DNA of 64,000 nt from Paramecium tetraurelia (GCA_000165425.1 CT868660.1:1-64000); one strand, 5' to 3'; counted from the first letter of the stretch, positions 1 to 13,481 are shown. A program made the numbers and translations. Notes: generated by a model from the letters alone, not told the origin.

Positions 1-1404
1 CGCTTCTTTGCGTTGATTATCAAGCTCAGTCATTTAACTACTAACCCCGATCTTTTTTTTCCTCCTGGTCCATGTTGTTCGCTGCATATTATAGCCAATT
101 CATCAGCATAAAAATAGTAATTATTGAATTTTTTATAATTTACATTTTATTTATTTCTACCATGAATAAATCTGTCAAACAAAAAGGAGCCATTAATCTT
201 GAAATATCTTTTATTAACTTCAAAATCAGAATATAAATCCAATTACTGTATAAAGACTACTTATTATATTATTCTGCTTTCACAGCATCTGCTTAAAGAT
301 TTTTCTAATCTTAATTCTTCTCCACTCTTATAGCTCTTATGGGGGCCTTAATATTTTATTTGGTTATTATTTTCTATTCATTGGAATATTCTGGTAGCTT
401 TTTATGAAATAGGAGTCTAAAGAACTGGCCAAATTTTATACTAATTCTTATGTATTATTTCTCCAAAAATCTTTAAAATAATAAATGAATAACTAATGTA
501 ATAATTGTATTTTATATTAAATAGTAAAATAATTATTTATTTAAGAATCCCCTCCAATGTTATTTTATGATTTTTAGACCGACAAAGTCTCTTTGATTTG
601 TATAAAATCCCCAAAGTGCTGAAATGGGTTCTAAAAAGAATAAACTACAAGCAGTATTTTTATGGATTAAATTTTGAAAAACTCTGTTTATTTTATTTTG
701 TACACTTGTCTAGAATAATTCATTATATTATCGAGCAACTTTTAAATGTTTGAAATGATCGTATTTTACCAATGTCCTAAGATTAGAATATAAAAGAACC
801 TTTACAGTTTGATATGATGTCAATAAGTTCATCAATTTGAAAATGAATTTGAGAACTTAGAGATTAATATTTTCAACAAAATAATGGATGGGCATAGTAT
901 GAAAAAATGAATTTAATCATAGGTGTATTTTTTTAAGATATTTTGGAAGCCATAACAATTTTAACAATAATAAATTTTGATGAATTTTTGTTCGAATTTT
1001 ATTGTGAGATAGCACATTTTAGTAGGCAAAATTAAACTAAATATTAAAAGGCTGAAAATTTTTGTTGTTTCATAAGTTCTCAAATATTTATTGTTGTTGT
1101 ACAATTATATACATTTTTCATTTATAATCAAGAGATAGATAATTATCAAGAAATTAATTACTTTTGAACAGCATCATTGCTTTGCATGTATAATATAAAG
1201 TATATTCTATAATTTAGTCAGCTTAAAGTGGGGATATTATGTAATTTATTGTAAAATGTGAGGTATATTTAAAAATTAGATAGATAGTATTTGATTAATG
1301 TTTTAATCAAATATAAGAAAATAATCAATAAATTAACCCTATAAAATAATCATTTTTATTAATGAAAAAAAAAACAAATAGAAAATTGTAAACTTAAAAT
1401 TGTG

Positions 1405-1753
1405 ATGGGTTAATAGTTCAGGGTCCTCAAAAAAATTTATTACTTAAAAGCCCCTATTCTATCTGCTTATTTTTTGTATTTGGAGGAGGAAAGATGGAAA
1501 GCTCTAAGAGATTAATCTAACTTAGCAATGAATGAAATAGTAAAATAAGCATAGTACTATTATCACTACAATTAGCACAAATTGGCATTCGAATCTCACA
1601 AATGAATAGAGAGATGTCTATTAATAAAAGGCACATTAAATAAAAAATGAATCTGATGCAAAAGAATATATGAAAATGTTAGAACAAAGCTACACAATTA
1701 AAAAAAAAATAACAAAAGCCAAAGGAAAGCCTAAACCAAAAGGCAAAAAATGA
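1405..1753 (+). CDS. Small HMG-box-like protein with Lys-rich tail
   Basis: Table 6 translation gives KAPILSAYFLYLEEERWKALRDQSNLAMNEIVKQA, a ~22-nt GT..AG intron, then TNWHSNLTNEQRDVYQQKA...KAKGKPKPKGKK*. This matches the HMG-box pattern P.SAYFLY..E.R...EI.K...W..L...Y..KA. The upstream ATG at 1362 is out of frame by one A in an A10 run. Confidence 0.55.
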
Positions 1754-1769
1754 ATTTGATATATTTTTA

Positions 1770-2561
1770 AACTATTCATTCTGACTCAATTCTGATTAGC
1801 ATTTATATGCTTGATTTACAAATCAAAATTTTTGAATGTAAGTTCTATATTGTTATCACAAAATACTTAACACGCTTCTAAAAACTTTGAGAAAATTAAA
1901 ATTAAGGAGGTTTGACAAAGACTTTGGATCCTTAGTATAGATAGAGTCTGAATGATGGAGAAATTAATTATTTCAAGTAATTTGAAAAGTCAAAGGATTC
2001 TCGGATAACTTTTATTAAGCCAGTAAAATTGATTCAACTTTTCTAAAGATATTTCAGAAATTCATTTTTGGTGATGATTTTATATTCAATAAAAGATTTA
2101 TAGCAAAAAAAATATCATTATAATGTTTAAGTTAATTTCTGAGGTTTACGAAATAGTTTTTTTCTTTAGACATATTTGTCATTAATAAAATCCTTGTGGT
2201 TGATAAATGGATTCCTTGGATGCGATAATTATTCTAAGCTAGGTTTTAATTTATTTTCTTCTATAATAGATTTCAGATATTCGTTCATAAAGGATTGCTT
2301 ATGTAATTTTTGTTATGACTTGTAAGTGTACATCCAAGCAATATTTGCAGGTTGTGCTAATTTACGTTTATGATTAATGATTTAAGACATTTTGAGATCG
2401 GAAATAGTTTTAAGACGATCAGGCTTCTCATTTATGAAATCATCCAGTTTGGATCTGGAATAGGTGTTATTTTATTTTTTGCATTTTTGCTCATCTGAAA
2501 ATTCAGATTACCAGATGCTCACTTTAGTGGGGATGGAAAGAGTGTGGAACTTAGTTCGCAT
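1770..2561 (-). CDS. Hypothetical protein
   Basis: ATG at 2561 opens MRTKFHTLSIPTKVSIWQSEFSDEQK...HKRKLAQPANIAWMYTYKS under table 6. No recognised domain; 3' end approximate. Confidence 0.35.
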
Positions 2562-3211
2562 AAATTATGAAATAGTAATTAAATAATTAAAAGTTTAATT
2601 CAATTCAGATCCAAATATTTATTGATATAAGAATCGCTAATATTAGTGTCATCCTGTTCGTAATCATCCATTATATTTCTTATGTATAATCTATGCTAGA
2701 ATATTTTGAGTCCAGAACCATGTTGTTCTAAATGTTGTTATTATTATTATGTATATTTATTATAACTATTATCTGATAGCAATTCATTATGATTCTCATG
2801 TTATTGTTATTTGCATTCAACTTAAACATTACTATAATATCATACCATATTTAATAGTAAGCGATTCATAAGGAATCAGTTTTAATTCACGATGCAAATT
2901 AGGATTGACTTTATTGATTTCATGCATTAAATTCACCCTGCTCATTTTTTAAATGTTTTAATATATCTTCTGCTCTTACTCTTATCGAAGTTTATGAATA
3001 GATTTTACAATTGGAATCTTTTATGTAATCTAGTCTAAACTTTGTTTAAACGATTTTTTATGACTATAATTCAAGTGTTGTAAAGGTGGACAATTTTCTT
3101 TGATTTCATGCAGATACTATTTCAATTCACCTCCAGGAATCATGTTAATTATAATTAATATTCGTTAAAAAATCATTGATTTCCTTATTTCTAATCTTCC
3201 TCAATCTTTTC

Positions 3212-3733
3212 NNNNNNNNNNNNNNNNNNNNNNNNNNNNNNNNNNNNNNNNNNNNNNNNNNNNNNNNNNNNNNNNNNNNNNNNNNNNNNNNNNNNNNNNN
3301 NNNNNNNNNNNNNNNNNNNNNNNNNNNNNNNNNNNNNNNNNNNNNNNNNNNNNNNNNNNNNNNNNNNNNNNNNNNNNNNNNNNNNNNNNNNNNNNNNNNN
3401 NNNNNNNNNNNNNNNNNNNNNNNNNNNNNNNNNNNNNNNNNNNNNNNNNNNNNNNNNNNNNNNNNNNNNNNNNNNNNNNNNNNNNNNNNNNNNNNNNNNN
3501 NNNNNNNNNNNNNNNNNNNNNNNNNNNNNNNNNNNNNNNNNNNNNNNNNNNNNNNNNNNNNNNNNNNNNNNNNNNNNNNNNNNNNNNNNNNNNNNNNNNN
3601 NNNNNNNNNNNNNNNNNNNNNNNNNNNNNNNNNNNNNNNNNNNNNNNNNNNNNNNNNNNNNNNNNNNNNNNNNNNNNNNNNNNNNNNNNNNNNNNNNNNN
3701 NNNNNNNNNNNNNNNNNNNNNNNNNNNNNNNNN
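3212..3733. other. Assembly gap (522 N)
   Basis: Run of n characters; the two ORF-track entries spanning it are artefacts. Confidence 0.99.
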
Positions 3734-4879
3734 TTAACTAAATTTATACAAAATAAACAACTTATCAATCCTTCTTTTTTTCTTTTCTGCTCTTCTCTTA
3801 TTTTGATGTTGTTTCTCGTGAATTTGGCTATATTTATTTTTGCGATTATATCAATTGCAATTTAATCCACCAAAGGAAGGATACCACACCAACAATAAGC
3901 CAAGGAAGCCATACATATATTGGAGTATCTTCATTTTATAGATTACCACAATCAGGTAAGAATTTAATCGATATTAAAGTTTCTATAGCAATAGTGAAAT
4001 AGGTAAGGTATCTTAATTGATATGGTTGGTTTTTATCTGTAATTGAATTATGAAGTTCTCTGAATGCTGAATGGCCTAACATAAACCAAATCAGAAGTCT
4101 ATAGACAACCATCCAACATTTTGGAGGAACCCATAATTCATTCATCAAGAAGAAATTATTTAGAAAGTTGCCTATGATTACAATGATAACAATAAGAACA
4201 GCTTCAAATTTCTTTGGATTTGTAAAGGTGTCTTTAGCAAACCAACTGTATTATTCAAATTTGAATTTCTTAATGATGATCATTCCAATAATAATAGCAA
4301 CAGTGTTACTTAATAATACATCCAATAATACATGATCCCACCAGCATTCTCTAAAATGGGGGAGTTTGTGTTGCCAAGATAATTCAATAATTTCATCTAA
4401 GACAGACCAAAAGTTGAGAAACCAAAAGTCCCTGACAAGAAATGTAGCCAATAGCCAATTGATTACGTGACTCCAATAATAGTGATCTAGATTGTCAACA
4501 ATATTGATCCATTCGAATTCGCAATTATCATCATAAGTATGCATATCCTTTGTGACAGGCTTACCTAATCTATCATCTCCCAAACTCATAAGCTAAAGTT
4601 ATTTGAGTGATGTACATATCTACCATCTTTCTCATTTTGAAATGATAAAAAGACCAAGATGGCTATAAATGTGGCAGATAACCAGAATTATATTCTAAAA
4701 ATGGCTCCATATTTATCACCAAAAGGATCACTTGGTTTCAATGAACCAATCATTGCAATGAATAGCATGGCTGCCAGCACACCTCTTTTTGAGTTCGCTT
4801 CGAATCCTACATCATTGTTATAGGCTAAGTAGAGAAGAACAGTTGTAAATGTCCAAAACGCAAGTTTATGAAAACTCAT
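3734..4879 (-). CDS. Phosphatidylserine synthase, base-exchange (PTDSS/PSS) family
   Basis: Multi-TM protein with the family signature EIIELSWQHKLPHFRECWWDHVLLDVLLSN and one 23-nt intron near 4593-4615. The frame runs into the N gap; a TGA near 3767 would be in frame if the adjacent A run had one more A. Confidence 0.88.
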
Positions 4880-4903
4880 TATTAAATTAAATATTCAATT
4901 TTA

Positions 4904-5317
4904 ATGTCATTTGATCATCTTAACGATACCAACATCACTAATCAATCAGAAAAGGAACATGTTAATGAATTTTATGATTACTAAATCCGTAATATGTATG
5001 ATAAAGAAAAATACATCAATCCACATGACATTGCTGGTTAACCAGGCTTGGTGACAAGTCAAGCGGTTGAATTAGAAAAGAAGAAAGTCTAATTCAGAAT
5101 GGCAAATGAAATTTATTTGAGAAAACATCCAGAATTATCTGTTATGCTAAGCATTTTCCTATTCAGAGTATTGGAGGAGAAACCAGATGATGTTTTGATG
5201 TATGCAGGCAAATTCTTTGATTAGTAATACATTTATATTTATAATAGAGAACATTTAGAATAAGTAATATTGATTTAGAAAAAACATTATTTAGAAAATG
5301 GAAATGCAACTGCTTGA
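4904..5317 (+). CDS. RIIa-domain (dimerisation/docking) protein, RIIAD1-like
   Basis: RMANEIYLRKHPELSVMLSIFLFRVLEEKPDDVLMYAGKFF resembles the RIIAD1/RIIa D/D motif. Candidate 24-nt intron at 5224-5247; TGA at 5315-5317. Confidence 0.75.
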
Positions 5318-6691
5318 ATCTATTAAACATTAACAATTTATATTTTAATCATTGTAATTTATATATGAAAGTTTAACTTTTGTAATTTCTACAATCTTTC
5401 TATACTTATCATCTTAACTTATTTTTGTTAACTTATATAATATAATTTATATAGATAAGAGTATTTTTTCAAATATTGTATTTATTTATTTAATTCTAAA
5501 TATTCATTAATGATGATTATTTTAGCTAAAGAATAATTGAGTATGATTAAGATGATCAAAACCAACTTTAAATGCTTGAATGGACTTTCTTTCTTTAAAT
5601 ATAGAATTATCTAATCTTTAGTCGTTATTGTAAATCTTAATAATCATCAATCAAATCTATTATAAATATACATTTACGGCATAAATATAATTCTTATTTA
5701 CATCAACATTGTTATTAATTTCTTTTATAGAGAATTCAATACAAAGAACTTATCTTGGGGTAATCTTCAATTTTAATTATTAAAAGTAATGATATGATTT
5801 ATTTCAACAGAAGAATCAAGTATCAGTTGTTGATAGTTATTTATTTGGATAGCCAAAAAACTAAATAAATTTTGGGATGAATCTTAAGATTGAGAATTAC
5901 GTTCAATTTATTTTAATATTACATATATAATATAAATAATTTTATAATTGAACTTATTTGATAATGATTTTACAATTAATTAATTATCCAGTCGAAGGAA
6001 CTGTCGAATAGGACCATTCAAAGTCTCCAAAAAAAAGAGCAATTATAATAAAACATTTTCGTTATCCTATGAAGACTTAAACCAATAATTTGATATTTCC
6101 GCTACGATCTCCGCAAATCATCTCAAGTAAAAGTAGTACCAGACAAAATGAAATAAATTGGTTTAGTGATAGTAATCTAATAAAGGAGCATAATTAAACA
6201 TTTTGTTAATCAAATAACTTCAAATCCGTTTTTAAATTAGGCAGTGAATAAAAAAATAGATTTGCCATTATAAAAAAGGTTTTCAAAAAGGAAGATGAAA
6301 AGGATTGCCTATTTATAGAGAGAAAGTTGAGTTTATTAAAATTTAATTTTAAGGAGAAGGAAAAGGAAAAGGAAGAGAGCCAAAAAATTTCTATAGATTA
6401 TTCACCAGTCAAGATTCCTTAAACAGCACAATCAACACGAAAGAAACAAAGTTTGAATGATAAAAATAAATATTAATTATTTTAGAATAAGATCAACAGA
6501 AGATTTAATAGCGACACCGATTTATCAGATTAAAAACCAAATCGAAAGAAAATAATTTCGTACTCAATAAGGCCTAACACTCATAATTATGATCGTGATC
6601 ATTAAGAGTTTGCTCAAAGCATCTTAAATCAATATTTGAAAAAAAGTTTGTAAGATTAATGATAGTGTAAAATTCTTTAACTAAATATTTT

Positions 6692-8771
6692 TCAATCAGC
6701 TTTAGTCTCATATTTGGTTGCATTTGGATCAAAATAATATTTAATGTGAGCATGTGGCGAAGTCCCATTTGCATTTTCAAGAAATATATGTAAATTGCCT
6801 TCAGTATCAAGAAGCACCTCACTTTCAACGATTCCACCTAAACATTTTACATACATCTAATACCTTTTTCTAAGGGTTCGCATTCTATGATTTCTTTCTT
6901 TTCCCAATCTACTTTCAACACTTTTTAACTTTCCTTCGCATACATAGTCAAACCTCCTATCAATAAAGCTAAATTCTTTTTAACTCTGACTGCCATAAAC
7001 CTTCTCAATGGCAATGGTAGCTTCAAAGTACATTTTTCCCATCTATTCTCGTTAATATAGTATCTTTCTATAGTATCTAAAGTGCCTTCTTCCTTGTTAT
7101 AACCACCAAATAAAACTATTTCATTATCTTTATTCTACAAGCAGCAGCTTGACTTTTTGGTTATTTTAATCCACTAGTTGAACCCATTTCTCTGAAATAA
7201 GATCGTAATATAAAACTGATGATAATTACACCTTATGTTGTTCGTCATATCCTCCAACGCAATAGATTTTATGATTATAATAGAGACAAGAACAGAAGAA
7301 CCTATTCATAGGAATTTGATGTTTCATTAACTCCAATCTATCATTTTGATAGACTCGAAAGTTAGTTTCTTGAAATCCTCCAATTAGATAAAATGCTTTT
7401 TTGTCAGGAACAAAAAGAGTTGTAAATTATCTGTCTAATTCCACATCCAATTTTGCAATCTAACGCCATTTTTGTTTGGATGTTGAAAATTTACTGATAG
7501 TCTTACCTCCAAATTCAAACCATAAGCAGGAATCATTCAATATTAAAGTGGAATCCCTATAAAATGCAGATTAAGATACGACAGGCTACTTAATAACCTG
7601 AACTTATTATGATTGTTATTATTAAGTAATCTGTTGTTATTTCTAAGAGGATGGCTATTCTCTTAATGGTTACTTTGACTTTTGAGATTGCTCAATTACC
7701 TATGATGATCCTGCATTTTTCATATGTTGAGCAATCACATTTTTAAATTGAACTTCAGCCTCTTGTGATGTCCTGTAAGGAGGTCCTCGTTTTAACATAG
7801 TATTATAGTGTTAATTGTACAACAAAATGTATTCATTTATAGCCACATTCTCAGATATCTTTCCTGAATGATATTTCTCCTCGTGCTCTATGAATAATTG
7901 TTCAATTTCAACATATGATGGCCTTTAAGCCTCTTCAAAAATCAACATCAATTTTATTATCGACACATAAGCAGGACTATACTTTTACTCTAGCGAAGCT
8001 AAACTCTATAAAATCAATTGCTCCCCCTCATTTTATTAGGTATTATTGAATCCAGTTACTTCTTGCATGGCACTCATCTAATACATAACTAAGCCAGTTG
8101 AAAAAACATCTGATTTATAAATGTTGTGTTCTACATATCTACTATTTCCATCAATTACATGAGCCTTCCATAAAATAGGTGATAAATATTGAGGTGTGCC
8201 TCTAATTGTCGCCATAGTGTAAGTATTTTTGGCTTCATTGTCTAAATCAAAGAAATAATCCTTGCTTTCACCAAAATCAATTAATTTCAATTCCCCATTC
8301 GTTATCATAAATAAGTTAGCTGGTTTTATATCTCTGTGGCAAATCCCTTTTTATTGCAAATATGAGCACGTTGATATTATGCTAAACAACATAGTTACTA
8401 ACTCATTCTCTTTCCAGAACTAATTAGGTTTCTTTCTTTTTCTATACAGATTTTCCAAATTAGTGTTATGATCCATGTACCTATATAAATAAATCTCATA
8501 AGTACTCTGTAATTATTCCTAAACGAAACGTATTGTACAGAGTTTCAGCAAAGTAGTATCCATAAAATCGAATCACGTTGCCACAATTTTAAACTTTGCT
8601 AAGTTGAACTGCTTCTTCTTTGTATTCATTTAATTTCTCTAAATTAGTTGCTTCAATCTCTTTTAAAGCATATACTTTATTTGTTTGTATATGTTGCACT
8701 CTATATATCTTTGTATGCTTCTTGCCCGAACCTAACAATTCCAATTTTTTGAAATCCTGCTTCCTAAACAT
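6692..8771 (-). CDS. Ser/Thr protein kinase with C-terminal Kelch repeats
   Basis: YALKEI, HRDIKPAN, IDFGES, GTPQYLSP and KSDVFSTG kinase motifs. C-terminus has Kelch-type units (IVLFGGYNKEEGTLDTIERYYINENRWE; LLIGG). Several tiny introns. Confidence 0.85.
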
Positions 8772-9169
8772 TATCTGTTTATTTAATTTATAATTATAAT
8801 AAAGAATTTCTATAACTAAATTGCTCAACTTCAGTATTCTGAAACAAATTATATAAACAAATCAATGTTATCTTCACCCTGATCAAACTTATAAATATCT
8901 TACATCATGCATTTCCATTAATATTCATATATTATATATAGAACAATATTAATATCTTATATCAAGCTACAATTTATCGAATAAACTTGAAAAGCTAGTG
9001 TTTAGATTAAAATCGAAGGTGTAAATAAGAATATTCTAAACCTTCTTATTTTTTTAATTCAAATCTTGTACCATATAATATATATTTGTACTTAATCTAC
9101 TATATTCAAGTCTAATAAGAAATCTTCGAATACAATTTGATTATGTGAATTAAAAATTTTTAATAATAA

Positions 9170-10682
9170 ATGAAATCCAATGGAGGAGGTGACCATAATA
9201 AAAATATTTAGACATCTGGAACTCTTAGGAGAATAAAAAGAATGAGGTTGAGATCAAAGAATTAGTAGGGTTAAAATGATGTGGCAAGGTATTAGATATT
9301 AAGTATTGAATAGTAAAAAAATGGCTGGTAATAATTCAACTTTATCATTACATATTATTAAAACTAAATCACTTTTTAAACACAAAAAACTAATTAAATA
9401 AAGCACTCAAAGTAGAGAGAGTCTATTTCAAGACCCCCTCTAGAAAGATCAAAAAAATGTCAAATTAGCACAAGAGCCAAATGTTAAATAATAATCAACA
9501 AAAAATAAATAGACTATATCATAAAGAAAATTAAGAAGAAATGAAAAGCTTAAAGAATTGATAGATGCTTAAATAAAAGCATAAATTAATCAAAAGATCA
9601 AATTTCATGATACAAAATTTAAAGCCCTAACAGAAATTGGAATTCCAACAATAAATTTAAATTAGGATAAAATAATATAATTTATTGAGTAATTTCAAAA
9701 CGAGATAAAATAGAATGATGAGAGCATAATATAGAAGTTAGTGGGTGCAATTGGAGAGGGATATGCTGAAAGAGGAGATGAGGTTATTTCAAATGTAGAT
9801 GCAAAAGAAATGATGATTCAAAAATAGGTTGAGTTCTATTTAGAAAATTGTGGAATCAAACTTGAATGGACATTGGAGAGGTGGAGGAAATTGATAAGAA
9901 GAACGTTATTTGTGGTACCTTTTTGCCATATGCCTAACGTGAAGATAAAGGAGTATTTAAATGGAAGAGAAAGATACTAAATCATGTTCGAAACTTTAAA
10001 TCTCTTTACTTTAATCAATAGATGGAGCAACACTTAAATGTTTCATCAATTTAGTTAGAATTTCCCATTTTAAGTAAAAGATGACATCGAAATCAAGGAG
10101 TTGGTTAATGAAAATGAATTGCACAATATTCGATAAATAAGAGAATATTTAAGTAGAATTATGACTGCATTGAATGACATATATTAATTGAAATTTCAAA
10201 AGGAATTTTAAGTTGATCTTTATTAGACAAATAATCAATTATAAGATTTATAGGTTGAATATTATTTGAGAAAGATGAAAGTACTTTAACTAAAGCCAGT
10301 AAATTTACCATAGGCCATGAAAGAATAAATAGAATAACTTTCATCAAAAGTGCAAATTTAAAAAGATCCGATTATTGATGAGCCATCAAAAAAATAAATG
10401 GATTAAGAAAAATAAATAAAACCATAAAATTAGGTGTAATAAAAGAAAAAGATACAAATCAATCTAATCAAATCGAAGACTTTACTAGAATATTTTAAAC
10501 CTGTAAAGAATTAGAATAGTATAAATGCTGATGTAAATTCTCAGGGCTTGAGTTAAAATAAGGACAAGAATGGGAAATAGACACCCGAAAGTAAATCTTA
10601 ATTCTCCTATTTTGAGATCTTGGATGAACTTTTTAGTAATAAATTTGGTAAAACAATATAAAAGGAAGGATAAAAAAAATGA
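9170..10682 (+). CDS. Uncharacterised protein (~495 aa) with one copy of an unrecognised ~188 aa domain
   Basis: Continuous table-6 frame after removing a 25-nt intron (9289-9313); TGA at 10680-10682. The domain at ~9618-10181 aligns by eye with two regions of the next gene. Confidence 0.75.
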
Positions 10683-11084
10683 TATATAATTATAGTTTAA
10701 AAATATATGATTTTTATTATTGGAGAGATATATCAGGGCAATTATTATTAATAAATAATGTACATTTAAGATGATGATGAATTTAAAGGAAATTGGATGA
10801 AGGTTTATGAATAAATTTTTATTATTAAATTAGGTTTACGTAAAATTAACAAATTATTTGATAATAATAGGTTAAAAAGATTAAATATAGAACTAAAAAT
10901 TATTTTACACAAATTTGGTTTATAGATTCTTGTAATTTCAAGACTGAATCGATAGAAAATCTATGTGAGATACAAGCTAAGTATGAGATCTTTGTCAGAA
11001 GGAAGAACTGATATCAGGTTACTTGTAACAGTGACTCTTATTGATGTGATGTTAGAATTATTAATATAATTTATAAACATAATA

Positions 11085-13400
11085 ATGTCTGAATAAGAGT
11101 ATTTGTTCGATTCATATAATCAACATAATTGGAATTCTTATGATTTTGATTTGGAATGCTAAGACTCTGAGAGATAACAAATAGATAGAATAAAAGAAAA
11201 GTGTAATATGAATTTATTAAAACGACAACTTGTTTGTTTGTTTGGTTTTCCTTCCATATAGATAGAGAGTGGATAAATAATCGCTTATCTTAATGGAATC
11301 ATGGATTAAAATGAGAATGAATAGAAAAGAATGATTAGAGTGTTGATAAGCTTCATTGGTGAAGTTACTAGCATTGAAAATCCTGAAACTAGATTAGAGA
11401 CCATAAGGACAAGAGTTGAATAATTCCTGACCATAAAAGGAATTAAAATAGAATGGAGTAATAAGGTATGGGAGTACGAAATAGAATCACTTTTTGAATC
11501 CAGATATTGCAATCCCTATTATAGTAAAATTCCGTATTCTTAGTTTGAATATGCTAACTTCTTTGCTTTATTAGAAAGTCCCATGCCCATGTTTCTGAGA
11601 AATCTGAAGCATCCATGTTGTTGTCAGGTATATGATGCAAAATCTACAGAAGATTTTAAATAATTATGTAACATCACTGATTTGAAAAATGTGAGGAGGA
11701 TAAGAAAATACATCCAATCAATAATAGATAAATTAGAGGAATTTAGAATTTTGCTTATAGATATAGAAACAAAGAATTATAATTGTGGACCTGATATAAT
11801 TAATAGTTTTAATCATCTATCTGGTGAGCTTGATAAAATAATAAACATAGATTTGTAATTAATAGATAGAAGTAGCTTAAAGTAAGAGGAGAAGTTGAAA
11901 TTTAATAATGATGTTGATAATTAAACTGAAAAGAATTCAATTGCTTTATTAGAAACTAAAACATCTGCTAACACTTTTACCACTATTAATCAAGGTAGCC
12001 TGGATTGTCGAACTAAGAAATAGAAGAAGAAACAAAAGCAATAGGAAAAATATTATTTCTCATCAGCTTTCCTAAATTATATTGATTCAGAAACTAATCT
12101 TAGTTAAGAAAACAGTCGAAATTCTGAGCCCAAACTTGAAGATCAACAAATTAAATTTACAATAGATACAGAAATTCATAATTAATTACATATTGCATGT
12201 ACTTCAGTATAAGATATACTTAAGAAAATTGACATTTACGAAAAGCAACTCCAAAGTTTGTAATTACTTGGATTTCCATGTCCAAAATTAGATAAATCTC
12301 ATTTAAAATATATTCTATCTAATTTTCGTGAATGCTATACAAATAAATAAATTTTAATTGAATGGATTGTTTCAAACATTTGGGAATCATAGACGGTTAG
12401 AGAAGATGAAACTAAATGTATTGATGATGTGAGATAACAAGCCTTAGAATATTTCTAATCCATTAAAGTAGATAAGGATGATTTCGAATAAATCTTAAAT
12501 AACTGCTATGAAAAATAAGCCTCTTTGCCATTTAATAAGTACTTTGAAATAGGAACTTTTTCTCTTCAAAAGTTGTCTCAAATAGTAAATCGTAAATTTC
12601 CAGAATCTTTCGAACTTAGCAATTGTCTGGCAAGTAGAGTAGTGTTTAAATCTAAAATATTTTAACCTTTGGAGAAACCAAGTAAAATAAAAGAAATCAA
12701 AAACATCAGAACAATTAGGAACTATATTAAAGATGTATATTAAAGTTTAGAGAAGTTGATTGAATTCAAAAATAAGATAAATAAAAATATCAATTGTAGA
12801 CCACAACATCAATAATTAATTAGAGAATTCAAAATATTGTATTCCCATCATCATTGCAAGATCGTGAATAAATAACTAAAATAAAAAGGCTGTTCCACTC
12901 TGCAGCAAGTTGACAAGGTATAGGAGGGCAAAAATTGCATCATAATTGAAGACAAAGACTAGCTTGATGGGTATTTTAATTGCTAGGAGAAAAAGAGCTC
13001 CGATGTTATCGAAATAGAAGAGTATTCTATAGGACAAAAAGCTGAGTTACCAAAGTTAGAGGAAGATGTAATTTAAGAGGACTTAAGTTGTGTAAAGAAG
13101 AAGAGTGAGATAAATTTAAAATTAGAAGCAGTGATTGAGGTTGAATAACCAAAATTAGAATATGAAAAGGAATTAGAGTATGAAAAAGAATAGTATATTT
13201 TATGTAACGAAATCATTTCTCCTGTTTAAAGAAATCTTTTTCAAGACAATCAATCGCCCAATATATTTCATTCTCCTCGTTTTGATTATTGCTCCCCTTT
13301 GGCAAAATAATTTTTTGGTTAATTAGAATTTGATTAATACGAGATTGAATCCCCTGATAGATAGTGTTTATAATTTCAACCTCCTCAAAACTTCAATTGA
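11085..13400 (+). CDS. Uncharacterised protein (~771 aa) with two copies of the same unrecognised domain
   Basis: 2316-nt uninterrupted table-6 ORF (MSEQEYLFDSY...QPPQNFN*). Repeats at ~11226-11744 and ~12249-12758. An N-terminal extension from ~10758 is possible. Confidence 0.8.
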
Positions 13401-13481
13401 TTTTAGTATTTTATATAATTAGTAATCGCTTCATATACATTACAATTAATTGATATCAATAAATGTACACAAAATTAATAT

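Noticed and set aside
1..1130. Possible minus-strand gene with an IQ-like motif (IKQHWRGFLNK)
   Set aside because: I could not establish a consistent frame or exon structure.
3145..3865. The two longest ORF-track entries (207 aa and 229 aa)
   Set aside because: They are open only because they span the N gap.
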